Below, one piece after another: positions 41,573 through 53,861 of a stretch of DNA of 64,000 nt. The stretch spans positions 62,001 through 126,000 of the forward strand of contig JAANOX010000271.1 of NCBI GenBank assembly GCA_020184695.1, read 5' to 3'. The stretch comes from Histomonas meleagridis 2922-C6/04-290x. Lineage: Eukaryota > Protista > Parabasalia. The notes beneath the pieces are model-generated. The model searched no databases and was not told where the DNA came from. It saw nothing but the letters and a program-made list of their open reading frames with translations. Both the position numbers and the translations under genes were made by a program. Every line of letters begins with the position of its first letter. Within the stretch, counting starts at the first letter, position 1.

Positions 41573-44500
41573 ACAGTAAACCGATAGAACTTTTTGATTT
41601 GTTTATATCGAATATTTACCCGGTAAAAACCAAATTTTGACAATATGTCATTTTGATAACGTCGATATTCAATGAAGTTTTTGTGAAAATTATTTAATTG
41701 GCGCTAAAATCATTTTTTTTGGATTGTTGACAATGATAGCTGATCATTTCAGTCAGCAAACAATTGTTACACATTCATTACGTGGTGATAATAAATATAC
41801 CAACATTTTAGTTCAAAATGAAAATTTTTGATTATCGAATATATTCAGAACAAATTTCAATGAATTTTTTATTCATTACTTTTTTCTAGTATTAGGTCTT
41901 CAATATTATTTGGAAAAATATCTACATTAAAAAAATAAATTACTTCATCATTTATCCCTAATACTCCTCCTCTTCTCACGTCACATGTTTGTAAATTATG
42001 ACCCCGTGAGCCACAAACTTTACATTTATTTTTATTTTTTGGACCGGAAGGATTGTTTTTTCTCCAAATGTAATAATTATATATCGAACAGTTTTCTGCT
42101 CTGTGTTCTTCACTTTTACATATTCTGCATGATGGCGTATCTTCACTTATAACTTGTGGTTCGTTTTGACTTTTCTTTTTTATCTTCCTTTCTTTCGTGG
42201 AACCGCCATTTCAGGTTCATTCGATGCATTTACTGGTAATGATTTTATGGATAGACCGTCTACTTATATAGTCTTGACATCTGAAAAACAATGTCATTAT
42301 AGTCAGAATCAGAAGCAAGCGAGCCAATTCTAGCAAGTTGCTTTCCAAGATATGCAATCTTGCAATATCTACTTTGATTCTCAAGACTAATATCAATTTC
42401 ATTTTGATTTTTTTCAATTATTTGTTGTTCTATTTTTATATCAAAATTACTTAACTTCGAAAGTGATTCAGGATCAATAGTCATAGAAGGTAATGTCCCA
42501 GAAGTTATCCAATGCGGATGAATTAAATTTGTATGCGGAATATTCAATTTTAATGTGAATATAACACAAAGAATGTGTGGACATGGGTATTCATACACAA
42601 TGTTTTGACCACATGTACAATAAATATGTGATTCATTAATTTCCACAACATTTTTCATTTCTTCTTGTTCTTTATGGACAACAAAATTATTATTTTCATT
42701 ATTACCAGCAATAATGTAATTTTTTGATTTTAAAATATTTGTAAATATTTCAATAATACATATCTTGGAAGCATTTTGAAAAATATCTGAGAAAAAAAAA
42801 GTAATTGGACATAATAATTTTGAATCAGAAATTTGAGCATTTCTATATGATCTTTTCAAAAAATGATTGTAATTCTTACGAAATTCCGCCAAAAACATTT
42901 TTTTTTCTTTTGTATCAGACTTAATTATTCGATTTATAGATTCAGCAACTGAATAAGTATTGTAGCCAAGTGTGCATTTTTGAATTAACGCTTTACAAAA
43001 ATAATTTTTATCATTTTGAATTTTTCTTATATAATTTACCAATTGCGCATCTTTTAATTGAAACAATGATGAAAAGCAATTGTCAACTTCTCTTTTGTTA
43101 GTTGAATAACAAATTTTAGACTACAAATTCTTTGCTTCAACTTTTTCGAACTTGTTAACTTCGCTTTCTTTGCTATGTCGATCAAAATTTTTTCTTTTAT
43201 GAATTGCGCATAAAACATGATATGGAGAATGATTCATTTCTGCTATTGGACTTTTATAATATTGATCTTCATCAGTAATTATTACATCGTTTTTTCTGCA
43301 ATATCGGGAGTAAAAATCTGAGATAGAAGAAATGAAATCGTTTCTTCAGTTTCAAATGCTAAGAAGCAAAGGCCACCTGAAATAATGTGTCTATTATAAT
43401 CAATTACATCTACAGGTATTACAATCCATCCATTTTTTAATTTAGGGTCTGTACTATCGAAGAAAATTATATCTCCAAACTTTAATAAGTTCAATTTTTC
43501 TTATTCAGTCTGAGTCCAAATTGCACATCTTAAAGGCATTTTCCGTTCAGGATGAATATAATCAAATGGAACACATATTCCATTATTATCAACCATATAT
43601 TTACAAAGGCTTTCATATTCCTCATCAATGGATGAAAATCTTACTTTATAAGTTATTCCAGCTATAATATTTGAAGGTATTTTTAGTCCTCTAAGTTCCA
43701 TAATATCAGCAATTTGCCTTGGTTTTATGTTAATATTACTAAGCATTTGTATTTCTCTTTCAATTTCTGGACTAATAATTAAAGAAGTTTTTCCAGGTTC
43801 TAATGGATGGTTGTGTCTGGCATCAATGAAGTTATGTGATAACTATTTTTGTTTAGTAAAGTATTCAAATAAAATGGGCATGCAGTTTTTTTGAATAATT
43901 TTGCACCTGGTGTCGGATCGCCAGAATATTCACAACGATATCTAACAAATTGATTCGTTTTTTTGTCTTTTGCGCATGGAATAAAACCTTTATTTCTACA
44001 GAGGTCAAAGACGAAATTGTGAATATCACCTGAAGTTTTATAATATACTTCTGTTAATTTCCATTATAAAATAAACCATTCGCTGTTTCTTTTTCTTCCA
44101 ATTCCTGAGGTGTTAAAGTTATGTGTTGAGAACTTTGCATTAGTGAAACAATGAGAAACAATTATAAACGGATTATACTATGATCTATTTTTTCCGAATT
44201 AGAAAATACGTTTATATAACCGTCCATATTTGATAGGAAATCAATCTATCGGTTTTTCCAATACGTTTTGTTTGCTTTTTAATCGGTGAATAGTAATTTA
44301 TTGTTGTAAAAAAACGATAGGAAATTTCAAAGAAATAATTCAATTAAAGCTTTAATATAATCATTTTAACTTATCTATATAAATTTATAAATAATTTGTT
44401 TTTCATTTAGTCATAAAAAATCAAAATTTTAGTTAATACTATACCTTAATGTCGTAAGAAACCATGTCTGTATAGAGTTTTCATTAAATTTATTGAATAT

Positions 44501-44580
44501 GGTAACAATTAAGTTCTATGTCAGAATGCAAGGAATGAATTTCTATGTAAACCAATCAAAAAGTTCTATCGGTTTACTGT
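41573..44580 (-). mobile_element. Decayed Mutator-like (MULE) DNA transposon, about 3.0 kb
   Basis: About 40-bp inverted repeats at 41573-41612 and 44541-44580 (27-nt perfect core ACAGTAAACCGATAGAACTTTTTGATT) enclose a MULE transposase relic. No target-site duplication found. Confidence 0.8.
41869..44064 (-). pseudogene. MULE transposase pseudogene (FAR1-like DNA-binding domain, DDE core, SWIM, two zinc knuckles)
   Basis: RYRC...ACPF...HNH (FAR1/WRKY-GCM1); FFDST; TDED...LCAIH; CTCGQNIVYEYPCPH (SWIM); CRICKSEEHRAENC and CKVCGSRGHNLQTC. Several stops and frameshifts (e.g. TAG at 43843-43845, TAA at 43501 and 43282). Confidence 0.88.
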
Positions 44581-44777
44581 AAACTATTTTTTCATACAAT
44601 GATTTCATTGAGGTGTATCAAAAATTGAACTAAAAAGTGCTTATCAGATGGGAGAACAGAGGGTTCATGAAGAATACATTTAAAAAAACTTAACTCAGCC
44701 ACTACTTAAAAAACATGTTGTGCAACGGTAATTTTTATGTTTGCAAATTTTTTCTTTTGGTGATCATGAAATCAAAT

Positions 44778-45239
44778 TTAGTCCTTTGAAACGTATAAGA
44801 AACGGTTACGACCATTACCACCTGAGTTAGGTGCTCTGTATGTGAAGCGATCATTATCATTATTTTTATTCTTTGCCACATATGTGAAGCGATTGTCCCT
44901 AAAATTCCTTTGCCGTGAATAATTTGTATTTGCAGTGGGCCTAGTTTGTTCTTGCTTCTGGTTTTCGGCTGGTTTTGGCGCTTCTACTGGAGTCTCATCT
45001 TTGGCAGGCTTAGGTACTTCAGTAGATTTTGGAGTTTCCTCTCCTTTAGCATCGTCTTTAGCAACATATAAAAACCGATTTCGATCTTGGTTGGACCGAG
45101 GCGCAGAGTAGAAAAATCGATCTTTATTTGGATTTGAAACGTATACAAAACGATTATTTCTTGGCTTTCTATAGTAAGGTCTTCTTGTGTTGCCTTTTTG
45201 TTGGTTTGAGTTTTCTTGGTTTGTTACTTGTTCGGACAT
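44778..45239 (-). CDS. Small low-complexity protein with six (N/D)RFxY motifs
   Basis: 153 aa; NRFVY, DRFFY, NRFLY, then a P/E/K linker, then NRFTY, DRFTY, NRFLY. Confidence 0.7.
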   Translation of the reverse strand: MSEQVTNQENSNQQKGNTRRPYYRKPRNNRFVYVSNPNKDRFFYSAPRSNQDRNRFLYVAKDDAKGEETPKSTEVPKPAKDETPVEAPKPAENQKQEQTRPTANTNYSRQRNFRDNRFTYVAKNKNNDNDRFTYRAPNSGGNGRNRFLYVSKD

Positions 45240-46855
45240 TTAAAAATTTATTGGCAATCTTTGGTCGTTTGTGATTGAGTCAAAAATGATCGTATATTAA
45301 GTGGCAAATTTCTCACCCAACCACATGGTTATTATCCAAAATTGTCTTGTTGCTTGAAGCGATTTTGCTATCAAATGGTCGCCAAACTAAGTGCCATACG
45401 AATTTTTCTCTTTATAATTTAAGGATTAAACTTTATCTGAAATTTTGTAGAATGATAAATATAATTTCACAATTATTATAATTATGTTTTTATAGCATAA
45501 CAAAAACATTAAGGATATGTACTTTCATTGTAGTCGAGTTGTAAATTGATATTTTTCATTTGAGCTTTACGTCAATAGCACAGTATTAAATGTCTAAAAA
45601 TTTGTCCTCATCGCCAAAGTTATGAATGTTATCAGGACATTTTTGGTTTATATAAAAAATGTATTAATACTTAGTCTGATCACAAAACAATAAAGAAACT
45701 TCTTTCAATATTATAAATTTAATTTGTTTTATTCAAAACAAAATAACATTATTATTTACATAAATCACTTATTGCTTTATTTAACAGCTGGTACTGAAAC
45801 TATCTTTCTTAATATTTTTCAAATGGATATAAAATAACCTAATAAAAATATATAAAAAGAAAATAAATTTGAAACCATACTAAACAATAAATTTCTTTGC
45901 AATGGTAAATTATTAAAATGAAAAAACATGATTTTCACATTATTTATTTTCCAAGCATTTCTTTTGTTTTACTTTCGAATACAAAAGAACATATTCCTTT
46001 ACATTCTCATATTATAACAAATAATGTACTCATAAAGTCACAAAATTTATTATATCAAAAGAAAATGAATTAAATTTACTTGATATCAACGCAGAAAAAT
46101 ATAAGTGTCTTTCTTCTGCACAGATTTCATATGTTAAGTATTGTTTTAATTCTTTCATTTAGTGTTTAATTATTTTTATAAAAAACGCAATTTCAATGAA
46201 AATAGTTTCATAACATTGGAAATTTAGATAATAGAAAATCATATCCAGAAGGAAACTGCTCTAATCTCAATGAGCTCTATGCTCAGTAGCATATTTCTTT
46301 TATTAATTTTAATCGAAGTTTTACACATTCCAATTCAAATACATTTTTAGCAATAAAATATTAACAGCACAAACTATTATGAATCACCACTAATATAGAA
46401 GTTAAAGGATATGTTATTTATAATATAAAATAATTTATTACATACAAACATACAATGACATTTTCTCTTTCCAAGTATTCATTTAAATGACATTATTTAA
46501 AGACTTTTTAATTTATTTAATTTGTGTTAAAAGAATCAAAATGACACAGATCTCTTAAAAATCATGAAATTGAATACTTTAAAAAACGTTTACCAACAAC
46601 AAAGGTACATCATTTTAATCAACAGATTCAACTCTATCACATTCGTTCATTAAATTATTTAAAAGTGTCTTTAAAATCATTTAATTCATTATCTTTTTGT
46701 AGATGTATTTAAATATTGAAGCAAATAAATTTAGGTTAAATTGAAAAACTTCAATTCAACAACAAATTTTTTACATGTTAACCGTATGATTTTTAACTTT
46801 TGTATTGGCCGATGTGTATTTAGTTAAGGTCTTCAACTATATTAGATCTTGAAAG

Positions 46856-47437
46856 ATGAAAACCCTGCAAATGCTGTTCATTTCGAACATAATAAAGCAA
46901 TATATAACCGATACAAGACCAGGAATTCCATTTTTTACCACTATAAAAATATCAAATATGAAAACGAACCAAACTAAAGAAAGGCTAACGCACATACACA
47001 ATGCAGAAGTTCCAAACACTGCAATTAAGGATGAAAATTTTGATATATTTAACAATAATTCTAATTTCTTTAAAACCAGTTCATTTTCAAATTTCATGAC
47101 TGGCAGTATGTGTACATCAATAATACGTCAATTCTTTTATGACAAAATAAAATTCCCATATTCATATTTTACAAATACACAAAATAAACCTTTTGCAATC
47201 AGTATCCTTATTGAGAACAATCTAACAAAACAAACTTTGAATCGATATCATGGGAATATGTCTTTGATCCAGCGTAAATTTCTTTTTTTTCCATTGATGC
47301 GAAACGATAAAACAGACCGACCATTTAAATTCAATGCTATTGTTCGTTTAACCGCCGTTTTTTCAATGATATCGGCAGTTTATGTCAATTTTTATATCAG
47401 AAAAAAATCGGTAACCGCACAGAAATTGTTTTTTTGA
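46856..47437 (+). CDS. Hypothetical 193-aa protein with a C-terminal hydrophobic helix
   Basis: Open ORF; near indel-free collinear paralogue at 37590-38160 suggests coding constraint. Confidence 0.5.
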   Translation: MKTLQMLFISNIIKQYITDTRPGIPFFTTIKISNMKTNQTKERLTHIHNAEVPNTAIKDENFDIFNNNSNFFKTSSFSNFMTGSMCTSIIRQFFYDKIKFPYSYFTNTQNKPFAISILIENNLTKQTLNRYHGNMSLIQRKFLFFPLMRNDKTDRPFKFNAIVRLTAVFSMISAVYVNFYIRKKSVTAQKLFF

Positions 47438-47480
47438 CCAAATATGCATTGAAAACGAACGAAAAGAAAAAGATAAAAAA

Positions 47481-48752
47481 ATGTTTTAATTTTTTTGTTG
47501 TGTTTTTTTCATGAATTCTTTTTCAATTATTTTATGATAATTCAACACTAACAATAATAAGTTCAAATGATTTTAATGTAATTAATCAATATAAAAACGA
47601 TACAAAATTTATAATTATTGGTGAAGGAATTTATTCAATTCCAGGCATTTCATTTTCAGGATGGTCATCAGTTATTTCTGTTGATTTTGGGAAATCAGTA
47701 TCAGATATTGCAGGTTCTGTTTTTTCGTCATGCTTAAGTTTAGAAATAATTATTTTTGGAGAAAATGTCACAACAATTGGTGGATCAGCATTTTCATTAT
47801 GTTCATCAATCAAAAACATTACAATTCCAAATTCAGTCACAGCAATTGGCGATTATGTATTTGGATTATGTTCTAATTTAATAATATTAACACTTGGATA
47901 TGGAATTAAAGAAATTGGAAATTCAGCATTTGGTAATTGTTACAATCTTCAATGCATTTATTATTATGGAGAAACTGAACCAAGTATTGGAGAATCTGCA
48001 TTTTATAATGTTACAGCAACAGTTATAACATATCCAACATATGTAGATGAAAAATTTGGGAATTTAGAAGTTGTTCAAAGTGTAGAAGGAAATTGCAATC
48101 CAATTTCAACGATTTCATTTTCAGTATCACACACATTCAGTCGAAGCGATACATATTCTGTTTCAAACACATTTTCTCTTTTTAATACATATTCAGCACC
48201 GCATACATTTATCCAAAGTAACACATTTTCAAAGTCATTTGCATTTACTGAATCACTTCAAAATGATTTAACGAAAACTTTTTCATATTTATTAACTTTT
48301 ACATTATCAATTACGCATTCGTTTACTTATTATGAAATACAAACAAAAAAACAATTTCGTTNATTACGATTNATTCGTCATATATTTATATCGAAACGGA
48401 ATTTATTTATTATGATTACACAGTTATTGTTTATTCGACATATTACAATTACTATTCGAATTTCTTTACATTTATTTATAGAAATGAAATTCAGACAAAT
48501 GATAACAAAACAAAAATTATCACAATAATAGTTTGCGTTATTGTTGTTGTGATTATTATAATTTCATTACTTATTGTGTTATTGATTCGAATTAAAAATC
48601 AAAAAGAAGAAATTGATGAAAATGAAATATCAGAACAACAAAGTGACAACCAAACTGCAAACACATTCACAACAGGAATATCTATATCAAACATTGAAGA
48701 GGATCCTTTTGCAGATGATTTTAAAGAAGAGAAATTCATTGAACAAATGTAA
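47481..48752 (+). pseudogene. Second, inverted copy of the BspA-like gene at 36281-37500, frameshifted (pseudogene or assembly error)
   Basis: Near-identical to the reverse complement of 36281-37500; extra T at about 47519-47523, A7 instead of A5 at 48345-48351, and N bases at 48362 and 48372. Confidence 0.8.
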
Positions 48753-49289
48753 TTGAGATAAATATTTAATAAAATATCGTCTATTCTAAATGAAATCATT
48801 TTTTTTTAAGTATAATATTTTTAAATTATTAAAAAATTCATTATGTTGTTTCAGTTTGTTTAGGTAATTGTTGGCGATTCTTGTAACATATTCTATAAAT
48901 TTGTTTTTGATACCACACTTATTTACATAAGAAAATGCATTTTAAAATTTAAGTGCATAACAATAGCTCCACATAATTATGTATTCATGTCTTAAATTTT
49001 ATGTATTTTGGAAAGCATTTTTTATGTCAAAATTTTTCTTAGAAATTAATTATGATAATTGGATATTCGGCATTACACTTGATGACTGTTCTCAATCAAC
49101 TCTATCACACAATCAAATACATTTAATTTGATTTCTATAGTATTTAATAATTCATCTTTATGCTTATATATAAGAAATTGTTTTTAATGAAAAGGTATTT
49201 CATTCATTCTTTGGATTTATCAAAATGAGTTTAACCAATTAAAATAAAAACACTTCATTTTTATAAAAATTTTATTCATTTATACTTTA

Positions 49290-52200
49290 TTAAAAATCTA
49301 ATTGCGTTGCCTCTTCCGGTATTTCCTTTTTCACCTTATTTTCCATTCTTTCGCAGAACTTATTCAACTTCTTTGCGTCATTATATAGTATTGTATCGGG
49401 CAAATTATATTTCATTGCGTTACTTGCCATTAGTCTCAAGTCGTTGAGCAATGCATTTACTGATTCGTATTCACCTTTTTTCTGTTTTTTCTTTATCTGG
49501 TTAAATGTTATAGGATCTGTAATAATTTGATAATAATCGGGCAAATCCTTTTGTGATGGCAATGTATCGAAACGATTACCCAAAATCTCTTTCACTTTCT
49601 CGATCACGTTACCACATTCGGCTCTTAAATTTTGTATTTCCGCGATATGTTCTTGTGGACTTAATCCTAACTCTATATAACGCGTATATTCAGCGTCAGT
49701 AATACTATCAAGTTCAGATAACTTATTCTTACTTCGTGACTTTCGTATGTCAGGAAGTTCATCTTCTTTTGTTAATTCGGAAATTGGAATCTTCAAAAAT
49801 TCGGGCAATTCTTCATACGTAATAAGACGTGGATAATCGCCGACGTTTCCTGCTTGTTCCCATTCCTTTTGGTATCTCGCGTCACGTTCGATATCCATTT
49901 GTGTGAAGATGTCATATTCTTCTGGTGTTCGTGCTATTATTTTGTTGATTTGTTCATCACTCATTATACCTGTTTGTCCACCAGTTTGATTCTTCGCTGT
50001 TACTGTTTGATATACTGCTTTTCGTTCATCCATATTACTTTCATCATCGAATTTAGCAACGCCAATAATTATATCTTCAAGTTGACGCTTTTCTCCTTGG
50101 ACTTTTAATACTTTCCGTTCGACAGAATCAGAAGTGTTTAAGTTTAACACTAATACTTCTTTCTCTTGTCCAATTCGATGTACTCGTGCACTCGCTTGCA
50201 TATCAGCAAATGGATTCCAATCATTATCATATATAATGACAGTATCCGCAGTTTGTAAATTTAAACCTAAGCCACCTGCTCGAGTTGATAAAAGAAATGC
50301 AAAATATTCACTTCCAGGAGCATTAAACATTTCCATATATTGTTGACGTTCTTCATTTTTAGTACTTCCATCTAAACGTAAATATTTATATTGTAAATAC
50401 TTCAATAAATCTTCTAATAAGTCTAATAACTCAGTCATTTGTGAAAATATTAATACGCGGTGATGTGTATTAAAGAATTTGGGTAATATTCGATCAAGTA
50501 ATTCGAATTTACCACATGAACGTATTAAGGTCGAATTTAAATAATATGTATCATAAAATAAAAATGGATGATTACATATCTTTCGACATTGCATTTGCTT
50601 ATTATCCATTCGAATCACTTTCATATCTTGTCGTACCATAACTGAACTTTCTTCCATTGTTAAATACATCGAATGTTGCCATGCAGACATAGCACATATA
50701 ATTGTAGCTTCTTTTTTATCTGGTAATTGATCTGCGACATCTGCTTTCATTCTTCTAAAGATAAATGGACGTAATACTGCATGTAATTGTGTAATGACTA
50801 ACCATTGTTCTTCTTGTGTTAACTTAGCTGCTTCTCCTGCTTTAGCAAATGGTGCTGTAAACCAATCATCAAATTTCTTATGATCTTTAAATATATTCGG
50901 TAAGATGAAATTTAATAATGACCATAATTCACGTGGATTATTTTGTAATGGCGTACCAGTCAATAATAATCGATTTTTCCCTCGATAATTATGTGATAAT
51001 GTTTGACTTAGTTTTCCTTCATGATTTTTAAGTTTATGAGCTTCATCAATAACTATATAACTATAATCTAATCGTGATAAAACAGATTTATCTTGAACTA
51101 CAAATTGATATGAAGTTAAAATAGCATTAATCGTCGAGTTCCGATTAATATAATGTCGTTCAAGTTCTTTCCGTTCTTTCGGATTACCAATATATTTGAT
51201 GACTTTAAATTGTGGAAACCATTGTTTAAATTCATTTTCCCAATTAGGTAATGTACCTAATGGAGCACATATTAAATGTGGTCCTGTATCATTCTTCTTT
51301 TCAAATAGCCATGCTAATAATGCTATTGTTTGAATAGTTTTCCCTAATCCCATTTCATCTGCTAATATTCCATTTAAATGTGATTGATATAATGAAACTA
51401 ACCATTGAAGTCCTTTCACTTGATATTCTTTAAGTGTTCCAGTTAAATGTTCTGGTTGTACAACATCTTCCGGTAATTTTAAGTCAAAGTCATAACAATT
51501 AACTGGATGATCATTCTCGATAATAGTGGAATGTGTAAGTCGTATCTTCTCACTGAGTTCTTTCATGTAATGATCAGTTTGATCTAAGATTTGTTGGATA
51601 CGTTCCCCTTTCTTTTGTTTGACTGTCTCAAGATATTTCGCATAGTCTTTCTTCTTTAATGAGTTCCATGGATCCTTCTTCTTCTTGAAGTATTGGTCGA
51701 GTGTTTTTTGCATCGATTTCTGACGCTGCGTCACCATAAGAAGCGTATTACGAAATTTGTTCGCTTGTGTTATAATTTGCTTAAGATGAGATGTCATTTG
51801 GGAACTTTCAACATTGGATGGCATGTCATATGAAGTGATGATATTAATGTGTTGGGGTGAGATATGATATGATGTTGGAGGCGTGGAATGTCGGAATAAC
51901 GCTATTTCTGGTAATGTGTTACTAAGCGGATCAAGTGAATATTTGATGACATCATTTCGAAGTTCATGTTGCTGTTGAGCGGATTGGAGTTTGTTGATTT
52001 CTAAGTCGGTGATTTGGCGATATCCTGGGGATTGAAGTTTAGGTAATGAAGATCTTAATATTGCAACTCGTCGATCTGTCATGAACTTTAATGGATGTCC
52101 GTGACCTGTAAAAAACCCATTTCGAAATTGTTCGGCTGATGAAACTGTTAGCTCGGTTTTGTGATCTTGAAATAGTTCGCTCTTATGATCTGTAAGAAAA

Positions 52201-52565
52201 GAGAATGAAAACAAGGATGTGTTCCCTGCATTGTTATTATTAGGCGTTGGCATTGGTACAGCTGATCTTTGAATTTGAGGCGAAATTGGAATTCTGCGAA
52301 TTATTGAGCGAAAAATTAAAATTTGCGCTAAAGATGTAAAATCTGTTGGTTGTATGAAATTATTTGTGACTAACGTGATATCACTTGGATCTGTTAAGTT
52401 AAGTGATGCTCTTCGACGAAAAGAATCTGAAGAAGCAAGTAGGGCTATAGCAGCTTGAAAGTCTGGTGATGACGCGTTAAAATCAGGTGAACTGCATTGT
52501 TGCTTAATCCATAAAATAAGTTGCTGTTCGTTATCATGAGACAGGACTGGTGCAATCGAGCTCAT
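49290..52565 (-). CDS. SNF2: SNF2/BRM-type chromatin-remodelling ATPase with C-terminal bromodomain
   Basis: LKEYQVKGLQWL, GILADEMGLGKT, IDEAH, LLLTGTPLQN, LLSTRAGGLGLNL, QASARVHRIGQ; bromodomain PDYYQIITDPI...NAMKYN; ATG at 52565. Confidence 0.93.
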   Translation of the reverse strand: MSSIAPVLSHDNEQQLILWIKQQCSSPDFNASSPDFQAAIALLASSDSFRRRASLNLTDPSDITLVTNNFIQPTDFTSLAQILIFRSIIRRIPISPQIQRSAVPMPTPNNNNAGNTSLFSFSFLTDHKSELFQDHKTELTVSSAEQFRNGFFTGHGHPLKFMTDRRVAILRSSLPKLQSPGYRQITDLEINKLQSAQQQHELRNDVIKYSLDPLSNTLPEIALFRHSTPPTSYHISPQHINIITSYDMPSNVESSQMTSHLKQIITQANKFRNTLLMVTQRQKSMQKTLDQYFKKKKDPWNSLKKKDYAKYLETVKQKKGERIQQILDQTDHYMKELSEKIRLTHSTIIENDHPVNCYDFDLKLPEDVVQPEHLTGTLKEYQVKGLQWLVSLYQSHLNGILADEMGLGKTIQTIALLAWLFEKKNDTGPHLICAPLGTLPNWENEFKQWFPQFKVIKYIGNPKERKELERHYINRNSTINAILTSYQFVVQDKSVLSRLDYSYIVIDEAHKLKNHEGKLSQTLSHNYRGKNRLLLTGTPLQNNPRELWSLLNFILPNIFKDHKKFDDWFTAPFAKAGEAAKLTQEEQWLVITQLHAVLRPFIFRRMKADVADQLPDKKEATIICAMSAWQHSMYLTMEESSVMVRQDMKVIRMDNKQMQCRKICNHPFLFYDTYYLNSTLIRSCGKFELLDRILPKFFNTHHRVLIFSQMTELLDLLEDLLKYLQYKYLRLDGSTKNEERQQYMEMFNAPGSEYFAFLLSTRAGGLGLNLQTADTVIIYDNDWNPFADMQASARVHRIGQEKEVLVLNLNTSDSVERKVLKVQGEKRQLEDIIIGVAKFDDESNMDERKAVYQTVTAKNQTGGQTGIMSDEQINKIIARTPEEYDIFTQMDIERDARYQKEWEQAGNVGDYPRLITYEELPEFLKIPISELTKEDELPDIRKSRSKNKLSELDSITDAEYTRYIELGLSPQEHIAEIQNLRAECGNVIEKVKEILGNRFDTLPSQKDLPDYYQIITDPITFNQIKKKQKKGEYESVNALLNDLRLMASNAMKYNLPDTILYNDAKKLNKFCERMENKVKKEIPEEATQLDF

Positions 52566-53861
52566 GAAAATTGAGAGAAAAACCACCTGTGTTTGGTTGT
52601 TTTCTGTATATATTCGGCCGGATAAAAAGAGAAAAAACAAAATTTTCTTAAAATAAAATAGAAGTTTACCTTTGTGTGTAACAAAAAAAGTCACTGAAAT
52701 TATATGCTTTTTTTACAAAAAAAAATTAAAAAGAATTTTTTTTGGACTAATATATTAAAAAAAAACCCAGGGAAACCTATGGCTATCGTCTTGATTTCAG
52801 ACATTTATTTCGTCTGACCGTTTATTTTGTGCGCAAAAATAGTAGGCGGTTACCAATATCTTCATGAAATAATGGAATTGGTAAAAATATTTTAAATAAT
52901 TTTGAGTTTATTTGGTTGAAAAAGTTATTAAGACATATTCTTTATTATCAAATGTATATTTTTCATTAAGTTAAGTTGTTAACAATTTTATTAAAATAAT
53001 AATCATTTTGTGATAGTATTTCTTGAAGTTTATCTCCTTCATCACTTGAAAATCTCATGTGGATTAGTTCATTATTTAAGTGTTTATGAAGTTCTTTATC
53101 ATTCTTTTTAGGTTCCTTATGCTATTGCAATTAAGAAAAAAAATGCTACCAGTTTTAATTTTAGATATTTGCTTCATAACAATTATATTAAATTATTATA
53201 ATATTTTGATTAGTTTCATCTTTTTTTTAAGTGCTTTTAAAAAAATTAATAAATATTCCACGCGTATCCATGTTTGGAGGAAAGATTCCTATTTTAGCAC
53301 CGAAAGAGAATCACAGTGCTATCATATTTATTCACTTTTTTCATTTTACATAAACGCTCTCCTAAGTGAAACCCAATCATTAGACAGATCTACAGTTCCT
53401 GAATATGAACGGGAATCTGTTCTAATTGGGTATGGGTTGGACTTTTATATAACATTAAATTAAAAACTTTAATATCTTTTATAAATAAAATGAATTTCGT
53501 TTGTAAATTTATGCTCACACTCATATCAACAAGAAAATTATCCACATTTTTTTTTCTAATTTACTAAAAATTATGTTTTTTGAAGAAAGTGATCACTAGT
53601 TTACGATTCAATTTCCGATCGAGTAAATTATTGAATTTTTCCTCGACAACATTCAAATTTCTGTGGTGACTTTTGATTTGGCTGATGAAAAAATCACTTT
53701 TGGTCGATATGCGGAAAAAGTGTAACAATGACTTACAAAATTATGTCAGATGACACTCATGTTGCGTTCAAATTTAGTTCTCACTTTTTCTATATACAAA
53801 TAATGTTTTGAATTTTTTATTAGCATGAAATCTTCTCTATAACTTCTATTTTTATTCTGGT

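Larger units (their letters stand above)
36281..48752. repeat. Inverted segmental duplication, arms about 36281-38240 and 46775-48752
   Basis: Direct visual alignment of arm 2 with the reverse complement of arm 1; similarity stops at the shared stop codon. Confidence 0.9.

Noticed and set aside
53080-53463. 127-aa ORF and the many short antisense/overlapping ORFs in the track
   Set aside because: GTG/TTG starts, low-complexity F/I/L composition, or shadows of real genes on the opposite strand.
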